Assembly (NCBI GenBank): GCA_043753995.1
Contig: JAYUVP010000267.1
Location: 1-24,665, forward strand
From: Fibrobacterota bacterium
GTDB lineage: Bacteria > Fibrobacterota > Fibrobacteria > UBA11236
Reading direction: 5' to 3'
DNA: 24,665 bases
Under the pieces are notes generated by a model. That model made no database searches. It saw only the letters and a list, made by a program, of their open reading frames with translations, and was not told the origin of the DNA. Positions 1-7,689 of this stretch are shown one piece after another. The first letter of the stretch is position 1; the number at the start of each line of letters is the position of its first letter. The position numbers were made by a program, and so were the translations under genes.

Positions 1-60
1 GAGGCAGCTTGGAACGTAATCCTCATGCACAGCCCCGGAAATCGGCCTACCTTGGGCAAG

Positions 61-78
61 TATGATTCCAAGAATCAT
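61..78 (+). promoter_or_regulatory. Candidate -10 box (TATGAT) overlapped by a perfect 7-3-7 palindrome, possibly an operator for the lyase gene
   Basis: ATGATTC-CAA-GAATCAT at 62-78; TATGAT at 61-66, about 50 bp upstream of the start codon. Confidence 0.35.
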
Positions 79-111
79 GCCCTCTACATTGGTTATTGAG
101 GAAATGAAGGA

Positions 112-1602
112 GTGTCCTTGCTGCCGCCAAATCGAATCCTGGGCTTTTGGGCATTGGCTTTTGGCCTAGTTTCGCAAAGCCTGGGCGCGACCTTTTTCGT
201 TTCTCCCACCGGCGAAGACAAGAATTCCGGCGCCAAAGAAAGTCCTTTCGCGAGCATGGCCCAGGGACAAGAAGCGGCTCAGGCGGGTGACACCGTGTTT
301 TTTCGCGGGGGGACCTATTTCTTTAAAAGCACGACGGCAGAAACCGGCATCACTCTGAATAAAAGCGGCTCCGCAGAAAAGCGAATACACTATTTCGCTT
401 ATGCGGGGGAAAAACCGGTTTTCGATTTTTATGGATTGACGGCGCAAAAGCGGGTCAAGGGTGTTTTGGTCACGGCACATTGGATTCATCTCAAGGGCTT
501 TGAAATGAAGGGCGTGCCCCAGTCGGCGGCTCTGCAAGCCCATGAAAACTGGTGCATTTACGTCAACGGGGGCGGGGACAATGTCTTCGAGCAGCTTGAC
601 TTACATCATAATATGGGCCCCGGATTTTTTATCAAGGAGGGCGGAAATAATTTGATTCTGAACTGTGATTCCCATGACAATTACGACATCAATTCCTTTG
701 ATGGTGGGAATCCCACGCCAGGGGAAAATGCGGATGGCTTCGGAGTTCATGTCACCTCAGCTTCAGCCAAGGGCAATGTCTTTCGTGGGTGCCGCGCCTG
801 GTGGAATGCCGATGACGGCTGGGACTTCATCAATTGCTCCGCCGCCGTGACCGTGGAGAATTGCTGGGCCTGGGGCAATGGCTATAAGACGGGGACCAAT
901 CCTCCGCAAAGTGCAGGCAATGGGAATGGCTTCAAGATCGGCGGTTATGGAATGCCGCCAGCAAACACCCCCAGCGAAATTCCTAAGCATACGGTCCGTT
1001 TTTGCCTGGGCTTCAACAATAAGGCGGCGGGCTTTTATCAGAATCACCATCCCGTCGCCAACTTCTACACCCACAATACCAGCTACAATAACAAGTCTTC
1101 GAATTTCAATTTGCTTGGCTATGATCTCTCGAAAAAAGCCGACGCTGGCATGGGTGTGCTGAGAAACAATATCGCTTTTACCGGCACCGCGCTTTCTGGC
1201 GGGGCCTCAGATGCGGGCGTAGACGATGCCAACAATACCTGGAATCTTTCGGTGTCGATTTCGTCGGCCGACTTTGAAAGCGTGGATACCGCGGGTGTGG
1301 GCGGGCCTCGCAAGGCGGATGGGAGCTTGCCGGACCTTCGCTTCCTGAAGCTAAAGCAAGGAAGCGATTTGATCGACAAAGGGGCGAATGTCGGTTTGGC
1401 TTACCAAGGTGCCGCTCCTGATTTGGGCGCCAACGAATATGGCCTACCAACAAGGCTGCTTGTGGAACGTGGCCGTGCCGGGCTTGTAGTCCAAAGGATG
1501 TCGCGGGAGCAAAGCGGCAGCGGCTATGAGGTTTCCGGTCGTTGGCTTTCTGGCCGGGAAATCCGAGTTCAAAATCATAGCGTTCACGCATTGGGTCGCT
1601 AA
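112..1602 (+). CDS. Secreted right-handed beta-helix polysaccharide lyase, PL9 (Pel9A/PelL-like pectate or rhamnogalacturonan lyase)
   Basis: N-terminal signal peptide (LGFWALAFGLVSQSLGA). PL9-type motifs GENADGF, NADDGWD and GNGNGFKIGG (catalytic Lys position), plus APDLGANE at the domain end and a basic C-terminal tail. GTG start with GAGGAA upstream; TTG at 118 is an alternative start. Confidence 0.8.
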   Translation: MSLLPPNRILGFWALAFGLVSQSLGATFFVSPTGEDKNSGAKESPFASMAQGQEAAQAGDTVFFRGGTYFFKSTTAETGITLNKSGSAEKRIHYFAYAGEKPVFDFYGLTAQKRVKGVLVTAHWIHLKGFEMKGVPQSAALQAHENWCIYVNGGGDNVFEQLDLHHNMGPGFFIKEGGNNLILNCDSHDNYDINSFDGGNPTPGENADGFGVHVTSASAKGNVFRGCRAWWNADDGWDFINCSAAVTVENCWAWGNGYKTGTNPPQSAGNGNGFKIGGYGMPPANTPSEIPKHTVRFCLGFNNKAAGFYQNHHPVANFYTHNTSYNNKSSNFNLLGYDLSKKADAGMGVLRNNIAFTGTALSGGASDAGVDDANNTWNLSVSISSADFESVDTAGVGGPRKADGSLPDLRFLKLKQGSDLIDKGANVGLAYQGAAPDLGANEYGLPTRLLVERGRAGLVVQRMSREQSGSGYEVSGRWLSGREIRVQNHSVHALGR

Positions 1603-1657
1603 ATCACCCTCGTCTTGCGCTGGGAAATAGCCGTGGTTGGCGCCTAAATTTCAGGCT

Positions 1658-2215
1658 ATGAATGAACGACTCTTTGCCTTCGTGGGTGGAAATCAAGGGC
1701 GCTGGAAAGTCCTGAAAATGAAAACCCTCCTGGGCCCTGCCCTGGAGGCGGTCGAGCGCATCGATGTCGTTTCCGGGCCTGGAGTGAATGTCGAAGCAAA
1801 GTGGCGCTTGCTCGGTGTGACCAGTCATGAACGCTATGTCACGCGTCCGGAAAAAACCGATTTGGTGACTCGCCAAGAAGGCTTAGGGCGTGAAGCAAGC
1901 ACTTGCGCGGCCTTGATACCCATTCGCAAATCGGCGGCCTGGTGGGCCATGACTCAAGACGAGCGACGCGTAGTTTTTGAAGAATCCTCGCGGCATATTC
2001 AAATCGGCATGCAGTATTTGCCTGCCATCGCTCGCCGTTTGCATCATTGCCGAGATTTGGAAATTCAACAGCCTTTTGATTTTCTGACTTGGTTTGAATT
2101 TGCGCCTGCTGATACCAAAGCCTTTGACGATTTGCTGGCGGCCTTGCGGGCGACACCGGAATGGGCCTATGTCGATGGGGAGTGCGAAATTCGGCTTGAA
2201 CGTGATTTAGCCTGA
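1658..2215 (+). CDS. cld: Chlorite dismutase, short clade-2 type heme b enzyme
   Basis: Motifs LIPIRKSAAWW, proximal His in SRHIQIG, distal Arg in LPAIARRLHHCRDL, FDFLTWFEF and PEW. The ATG at 1658 (MNERLFAFVGG) fits clade-2 N-termini better than the TTG at 1637. Confidence 0.85.
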   Translation: MNERLFAFVGGNQGRWKVLKMKTLLGPALEAVERIDVVSGPGVNVEAKWRLLGVTSHERYVTRPEKTDLVTRQEGLGREASTCAALIPIRKSAAWWAMTQDERRVVFEESSRHIQIGMQYLPAIARRLHHCRDLEIQQPFDFLTWFEFAPADTKAFDDLLAALRATPEWAYVDGECEIRLERDLA

Positions 2216-2326
2216 GCGAGCGCATTCAATAAATAGAAAGTCTGGAAATCCCGCGGTTTCGCTTTTCCCCGCCAGTACTTACTTTTCAGCGTTTCACCCC
2301 CCTTTTGGCCACGGAAATCGAAGCTC

Positions 2327-3820
2327 ATGGAGATGAATGACCAAGTCGAGGCTCGCCTCGACAAGCTCAAGCGCTTACGCGAAATGGGAATCAATCCCTA
2401 TCCCTATCGCTTCGATGTGACTCATGACAGCGCGGCCTTGGTGGCCCAAAAAGAGGAATTGCTGGCCTCGCAAAAGGAAATCGGCTTCGCGGGCCGCTTG
2501 ATTCGCTACAACCTCAAAGGCAAAATCGCCTTCGTGCATTTGAAAGACGGCGAGGGTCGTTTGCAAGTGATGTTCGGGCAAACCCAGGTGGGCGAGGCCG
2601 GGTTCGAGGTGGTCAAACTACTCGACATCGGCGACTGGGTTGGCGTGCGTGGCATCATGATGGTGACCAAGACCGGCGAATATTCCGTGTCGGCACGCCA
2701 TGTGGAATTGCTTTCCAAAGCCGTGAGACCATTGCCCATTCCCAAGGAAAAGATCGACGAGAATGGCCAAAAGGTGATTTTCGACGAGTTCAAAGATGTC
2801 GAATTGCGCTATCGTCAGCGCTATGTCGACCTGGCGCTAAACGATCAAGTGCGTGATGTTTTTCGCAAGCGCACGCGAATCATGCAAGCCATTCGCCAAT
2901 ACTTGCTTGACGACGGCTATCTCGAAGTTGAGACCCCGATTTTGCAGCCCATTTACGGCGGTGCCAATGCCCGGCCTTTCACGACTCACCACAATGCGCT
3001 CGGCATACCCTTGTACATGCGCGTGTCGAATGAGCTTTACCTCAAGCGTTGCATTGTAGGCGGATTTTCCAAGGTTTTTGAATTCGCCAAAGACTTCCGT
3101 AATGAGGGCATCGATCGCACTCATAATCCCGAATTCACCTTGCTTGAGTTCTACCAGTCTTGGGCCGACTACAATGACATGATGCGGCATTTCGAAAACA
3201 TTTATAGCCGCGCCTGCATTGCCGCCAATGGTTCGCCTCGCTTCATTTTCCAGGGCAAGGAATTCGATTTAACCCCGCCATGGCCGCGCCTCACCGTGAA
3301 GGAGGCCATTGCCAAATATGCCGGCGTCGAGGTCGACTCGCTTTCCGATGATGGCTTGCGCGCCGAACTCGCCAAGCGCGGCGTCGAGATGAAAGGCCAA
3401 TTTCTCCGGGGCAATGCCGTGAAGGAATTATTTGAAGCCGCCTGCGAGCCGAATTTGGATGCCCCAGTCTTCATCATCGATCATCCCAAGGAAAGCACGC
3501 CGCTTTGCAAGGCGCATCGCAATGACCCGACTCTGGTCGAACAATTCGAGCCCTATATCAATGGCTGGGAAGTCGGCAATGCCTATACCGAGTTGAATGA
3601 TCCCATTCGCCAGCGCCAACTCTTGGAAGAACAGGTGGAGCGCGGTCGCGGGGGCGAAGACGAAACCCATCCCATGGATGAAGACTTCTTACGCGCCCTG
3701 GAATACGGCATGCCTCCCACCGGTGGAGTCGGCATCGGCATCGATCGCATGATTATGCTTTTAACCGACAGCCCCAATATCAAGGACGTGCTTTTATTCC
3801 CGCTAATGAAGCCGGAATAA
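2327..3820 (+). CDS. lysS: Lysine--tRNA ligase, class II
   Basis: OB-fold N-terminus, RYRQRYVDL, GGANARPFTTHHN, motif 2 FRNEGIDRTHNPEF and motif 3 YGMPPTGGVGIGIDR. Confidence 0.97.
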   Translation: MEMNDQVEARLDKLKRLREMGINPYPYRFDVTHDSAALVAQKEELLASQKEIGFAGRLIRYNLKGKIAFVHLKDGEGRLQVMFGQTQVGEAGFEVVKLLDIGDWVGVRGIMMVTKTGEYSVSARHVELLSKAVRPLPIPKEKIDENGQKVIFDEFKDVELRYRQRYVDLALNDQVRDVFRKRTRIMQAIRQYLLDDGYLEVETPILQPIYGGANARPFTTHHNALGIPLYMRVSNELYLKRCIVGGFSKVFEFAKDFRNEGIDRTHNPEFTLLEFYQSWADYNDMMRHFENIYSRACIAANGSPRFIFQGKEFDLTPPWPRLTVKEAIAKYAGVEVDSLSDDGLRAELAKRGVEMKGQFLRGNAVKELFEAACEPNLDAPVFIIDHPKESTPLCKAHRNDPTLVEQFEPYINGWEVGNAYTELNDPIRQRQLLEEQVERGRGGEDETHPMDEDFLRALEYGMPPTGGVGIGIDRMIMLLTDSPNIKDVLLFPLMKPE

Positions 3821-3876
3821 GTAAAAAGTTCAAAGTTCAAAATAAAAAGTGAGCCAAGAAAAGTTAAAAGTGAAGA
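3821..3876 (+). repeat. Tandem degenerate heptamer array, 8 units (consensus about GTTMAAA), left arm of an inverted-repeat element
   Basis: GTAAAAA GTTCAAA GTTCAAA ATAAAAA GTGAGCC AAGAAAA GTTAAAA GTGAAGA in unbroken 7-nt register, starting at the first base after the lysS stop. Confidence 0.8.
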
Positions 3877-3962
3877 CAAGAGCAACACGAATCGTCTGGG
3901 TAGGGGTGGGAGCAAGCATGGACTCTAATAGGCGTGCCTTGTTGTCATTTACCGTATTCCGC

Positions 3963-3997
3963 GTTCCACTTTTAACCTTCAACTTTTTCCTTTTTAC
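3963..3997 (-). repeat. Inverted heptamer array, 5 units, right arm of the same element
   Basis: The minus strand reads GTAAAAA GGAAAAA GTTGAAG GTTAAAA GTGGAAC from 3997 down; 3997 is the last base before the TTG start at 3998. Confidence 0.8.
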
Positions 3998-5242
3998 TTG
4001 AACTTCGAGGCTTTTATCGCGCGCCGTTACCTGTGGGCGCAAAGGCGGCATTTGCATTCGGCTGTCATCTCGCTGTTTTCCGCAGCGGGTGTGACCTTGG
4101 GCACTTGGCTGCTCATTTTTGTGCTGTCGGCCATCAATGGCTTTGAGAATGAGGTGAAGCGTCAGCTGATCGGCAAAGATGCCCATGTTGAAATCACTCG
4201 GCACGGTTTTGCTCCCTTCGCCCATTATGACTCTTTACTTCTGGAAGTGCGGGCAGAAGAGGACGTGGTGGCTGCAGCGCCCTTTATCATGGGCAAGACC
4301 ATTATCACTCACCGCAAAAGTCAAGACGGAATAGTTGTCTATGGCATTGACGCCAAGCAAAGCCAGGCCGTGATTGGGCTTTCGACCACGTTGACCTATG
4401 GTGCCTATAATTTTGATCCTGTGCCCGATTCTTCGGGGCGCTTGCGTCCCGGCGCAATACTCGGTTACGGTTTGGCGGCCCGTCTCGGCGTTGAGGTCGG
4501 TGATAAAATCTTTATGGCCGATTTCACTTCCTCGGGCGATATCGCTGCGAGTGGGTTTACGCCCCGCATTGTCACCTTCATCGTCACCGGTTTATTCGAA
4601 TCAGGCATGTATCAGTATGACGAGACCTTGGCCTATGTTTCCCTAACTGAGGCTCAATCCCTATTTGGAATGTCTGGCATGGTTTCTGGATTGCAGGTTA
4701 AGGTGAAGGACCCTTTTGCTAGCGCCGTCATGGCCGATCGTTTGGAAACCCGTTTGGGCTTTCCCCTGCGAGCCTTAGATTGGCAAGCGAAAAATCAAAC
4801 TTTGATCAAATGGATGGCCTATGAGAAAATCCTCGTGGGCCTAGCCTTGGGCATCATCATTTTAATTGCCGCCTTCAATATCATTTCCTCCTTGGTCATG
4901 GCGGTGAACGATAAGGTGAGGGAAATCGGCATCTTGCGCGCCATGGGGGCCACGCGTGGTTCCATCCTGCGCATTTTCATGCTTGAAGGCACCCTTATCG
5001 GGCTCGGTGGATCGATCTTGGGCCTGGGCCTGGGCTTGCTTTCCTATTGGCTACAGCATCGATTCGGTTTGATTCAATTGCCGGGAGACGTTTATTTCGT
5101 CACGGTTTTGCCAGTCGAATTGCATGTGAAGGACATCATTGCCGTGATGGTTGTAACCAATCTCTTGTGCAGTCTCGCCACCATTTTGCCGGCGCTCAAG
5201 GCTTCACGCCATGAACCTGTGGAGGCCATTCGTCATGAATGA
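3998..5242 (+). CDS. lolE: Lipoprotein-releasing ABC transporter permease, LolC/LolE family
   Basis: FIARRYL N-terminus, one TM helix, LSAINGFE, a large periplasmic domain, AAFNIISSL..V.DK.REIGILRAMGA, three C-terminal TM helices and PVEAIRHE. Adjacent to lolD. TTG start. The lolC/lolE/lolF subtype cannot be resolved by eye. Confidence 0.9.
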   Translation: MNFEAFIARRYLWAQRRHLHSAVISLFSAAGVTLGTWLLIFVLSAINGFENEVKRQLIGKDAHVEITRHGFAPFAHYDSLLLEVRAEEDVVAAAPFIMGKTIITHRKSQDGIVVYGIDAKQSQAVIGLSTTLTYGAYNFDPVPDSSGRLRPGAILGYGLAARLGVEVGDKIFMADFTSSGDIAASGFTPRIVTFIVTGLFESGMYQYDETLAYVSLTEAQSLFGMSGMVSGLQVKVKDPFASAVMADRLETRLGFPLRALDWQAKNQTLIKWMAYEKILVGLALGIIILIAAFNIISSLVMAVNDKVREIGILRAMGATRGSILRIFMLEGTLIGLGGSILGLGLGLLSYWLQHRFGLIQLPGDVYFVTVLPVELHVKDIIAVMVVTNLLCSLATILPALKASRHEPVEAIRHE

Positions 5243-5936
5243 CATTGCCTCGACCGAATCGCTCATTGAGCTTCAGGGAATAGCTAAAACCTTCTCCGAG
5301 ACGGGCAGCACCATCGAGCTTTTCCGCGATTTGGATTTAACCATTTGCCCCGGGGATTTTCTTTCCATCATGGGCGCCTCCGGGGTGGGGAAGAGCACTC
5401 TATTGCATATCATCGGTTTGCTGGAGCGCTCCAGCGCCGGTTCGGTGCGGTATCGCGGCGAAAATATCACGGATCTCTCGGACCGTCGTGTTTCCGGAAT
5501 TCGCAATCAGGGCATTGGCTTTGTCTTTCAATTTCACCATTTGCTTCCTGATTTGACGGTCGAGGAAAATGTCCTTTTGCCAGCACGCATCGGTGGCAAT
5601 TTGAATGCAAAGACCAAGGCCCGTAGCATGGAATTGCTTGGCCTTGTGGGAATGGAAAAACGCCTCAGGCATTTGCCCAATGAGTTGAGCGGGGGAGAGC
5701 GGCAAAGGGCGGCCTTGGCGCGCGCCTTGGTGAATGAACCCGACTTGCTTTTATGTGATGAGCCCTCCGGTAATCTGGATGCTGGAAACGCCCGCCAATT
5801 GCATGCCCTTTTACGTGACCTCAATCAACGAATTGGGGTCGCCATTTTGGTGGTCACCCATGATCCGGTATTGGCCAGCCTAGCCTCGCGCAACTTGATT
5901 TTGTCCGAAGGGAAATTGGTCGCCCGAACCACTTAA
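5235..5936 (+). CDS. lolD: Lipoprotein-releasing ABC transporter ATP-binding protein LolD
   Basis: Walker A GASGVGKS, LolD motif GFVFQFHHLL, signature LSGGERQR, DEPSGNLD and VTHD. The ATG at 5235 overlapping the permease end is the likelier start than 5211. Confidence 0.92.
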   Translation: MNDIASTESLIELQGIAKTFSETGSTIELFRDLDLTICPGDFLSIMGASGVGKSTLLHIIGLLERSSAGSVRYRGENITDLSDRRVSGIRNQGIGFVFQFHHLLPDLTVEENVLLPARIGGNLNAKTKARSMELLGLVGMEKRLRHLPNELSGGERQRAALARALVNEPDLLLCDEPSGNLDAGNARQLHALLRDLNQRIGVAILVVTHDPVLASLASRNLILSEGKLVARTT

Positions 5937-5937
5937 C

Positions 5938-6252
5938 ATGGACACCTTGCCCCCCATTCGTGTTTGCGTGCATTGTGGTTGGACCCTGGGCGAGTATCAG
6001 GCACGTCGGTATTTAGGATGCGCCCATTGCTATGAATCCCTGGGAGAAGCCCTGCGCGGCGAATGGCTGCTTTCCCATCCCGCCTTATATCGACAATCCT
6101 GGCCATTTACCGAATCGTCCGAGCCAGAATCCCACCTGGAGAATTTGGCGCAATGGCGCGAGCAATTGGGCGATGCCCTAAGGCGAGAAGATTATGTCGA
6201 AGCCGGGCGACTTAAGGCGTTAATCTCCAAGCGAGAGAGTTCCTCCCCGTGA
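5938..6252 (+). CDS. mcsA: Truncated McsA-like protein (two CXXC motifs plus UVR domain)
   Basis: CVHCG and LGCAHCY match the second half of McsA; the C-terminus is a UVR-like helix pair (LGDALRREDYVEAGRLK). It sits directly before the mcsB-like gene and clpC. Confidence 0.75.
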   Translation: MDTLPPIRVCVHCGWTLGEYQARRYLGCAHCYESLGEALRGEWLLSHPALYRQSWPFTESSEPESHLENLAQWREQLGDALRREDYVEAGRLKALISKRESSSP

Positions 6253-7379
6253 GAGAAGCCTGGAATTGGGATGCCTTTGCCCAGTCGACCTTGCCCTGGA
6301 ATCGGCCCGCCCCCGCAAGTTTGTGGCAATCTACCGAAAGTCAGGCTGTAGAATTGGCCAAGCAGGCGGTCTTTGTCCGGCGAACCTTTCGCCGTAATTT
6401 TCCCGGATTCCCGTTTTTGATTGCTGCGCAAGAGAATCAGGTATTACAAATCATGCAAATCGTCACGGCTTGGGCGAAGGCACAAGGCGGCGAATGGCTG
6501 ACCCGATTAACGGATTTGCCTGCCCAGGCCCTCGGAGCCTTGCGGGAAAGGACCCTTCTACCCTGGCAACCCGTCACCTTTCCCCAAGTCAAGGCGCAAA
6601 AAGCCTTGATTCTGGGCGCACAAGCCTTGGCTTCGCCATTTGCCTTTCGTCTGGGCGAGGTCGACCATTTGCAGGCCTTAACCTGGGAACCGGGCTGGAA
6701 ATTGGCCGATGAGGAAAATCAGGAATTGGAAAAGGCACTCCAAGACTCCGGTGGGACATTTTGTCACTCTGGCAAATTCGGTTTCCTAACCTCGGATCCG
6801 CATTGGTCTGGTGCTGGCGAGCAAATAGAAGTTCTTTTGCATTTGCCAGCTTTGACTTCTCAGCGCGCTATCGCCCAAGCCCATGAAGGTTGCCAGGCCC
6901 TTGGCCTCTTACTTCACCCCGAACCCATGGGAGCCGTGAGTGGTTTGGATGCGGGGTACTTTCGTGTATCCAGCCGGGGCGGCATGGGTCAAAAGCCGAC
7001 GGAATTACGACATGGGTTTTTGAAGGCTTTACAGCCTTTGTTGCTATGGGAAGGGCAAATGCGACTGGCCTGGTGGAAAAAAGACAAGCCGGTTTTGCTC
7101 GAACGCATTCGCCGGTCGCAGCGCATGTTGGCCGAAGCCCAATTGTTGCCCATGCACGAAGCCTTGGGTTTTGCCGCCTTTGTGCGCCTCGGCGTGGTTC
7201 TCGAAGACGTGGACGCTGCTTGGCTTGAGCCAATAGAACGCATTCGCGTTCTGGCCCAAAGCTCGCATTTGGGTCCTTGGGTCTTCCACTCCGAACCCAT
7301 GGATCAGCAAAAAAAGCAAAGATTCGAGGATGCCCGCCGCGCCGAAATAGTGCGGTCGCTTTGGGTATTACCGGGTTGA
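6249..7379 (+). CDS. mcsB: McsB-like ATP:guanido phosphotransferase-fold protein, probably catalytically inactive
   Basis: Recognisable remnants RRNFPGFPF, LRER, EVDH, GFLTSDP..G.G....LLHLPAL, RLGV and RRAEIVR, and mcsA-mcsB-clpC synteny. The GTG start overlaps the mcsA TGA. Confidence 0.75.
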   Translation: MREAWNWDAFAQSTLPWNRPAPASLWQSTESQAVELAKQAVFVRRTFRRNFPGFPFLIAAQENQVLQIMQIVTAWAKAQGGEWLTRLTDLPAQALGALRERTLLPWQPVTFPQVKAQKALILGAQALASPFAFRLGEVDHLQALTWEPGWKLADEENQELEKALQDSGGTFCHSGKFGFLTSDPHWSGAGEQIEVLLHLPALTSQRAIAQAHEGCQALGLLLHPEPMGAVSGLDAGYFRVSSRGGMGQKPTELRHGFLKALQPLLLWEGQMRLAWWKKDKPVLLERIRRSQRMLAEAQLLPMHEALGFAAFVRLGVVLEDVDAAWLEPIERIRVLAQSSHLGPWVFHSEPMDQQKKQRFEDARRAEIVRSLWVLPG

Positions 7380-7450
7380 GTTCCGCCCAATCCGTCTTGC
7401 TTCGCTTTGGCCCCGCTTTTGCGGTCCTTTGAAAAAGGCAGCAAAGTCGC

Positions 7451-7481
7451 TTGCGACAAGGCTTTTTAGGCATGGTACAAT
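7451..7481 (+). promoter_or_regulatory. Candidate sigma70-type promoter for clpC (extended -10)
   Basis: TG-G-TACAAT at 7473-7481, with TTGCGA at 7451-7456 (19-nt spacer, so the -35 is doubtful). Confidence 0.45.
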
Positions 7482-7689
7482 GCAGAAAAGCTTTTGAGCT
7501 GGGCCGTAGTTTCGTTTTGGGTCGCTTCGGTGTCGCAGGTCGCGACAGCGCAGAAATCCAAAGCGCTATGACGGACTTACTCACCTGCATGTGATTGGGT
7601 TTTTGGTGGGCCAGGAGTATTTTATCCTAGGCGACCTGAAACTCAAAAACGTTGGGACAACAGGTATTTCGCCATCGAAGGGTTAGACC

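Noticed and set aside
3530..3560. LysRS EQFE in place of the usual ERFE
   Set aside because: It is a single substitution with all major class II motifs intact, which is too little to claim altered function.
3821..3997. CRISPR array, tRNA or simple terminator interpretation of the lysS-lolE repeats
   Set aside because: The units are 7 nt with no spacers, there is no cloverleaf, and there is no compact GC-rich stem directly before the U tracts.
3830..4225. 131-aa minus-strand ORF spanning the repeat element, as possible cargo
   Set aside because: Most of it is antisense to lolE and its C-terminus is translated low-complexity repeat.
6868..7590. 240-aa minus-strand ORF overlapping the mcsB-like gene
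   Set aside because: Its Arg/Pro/Ala-rich composition is typical of non-coding frames, and the + strand ORF has family motifs and synteny.
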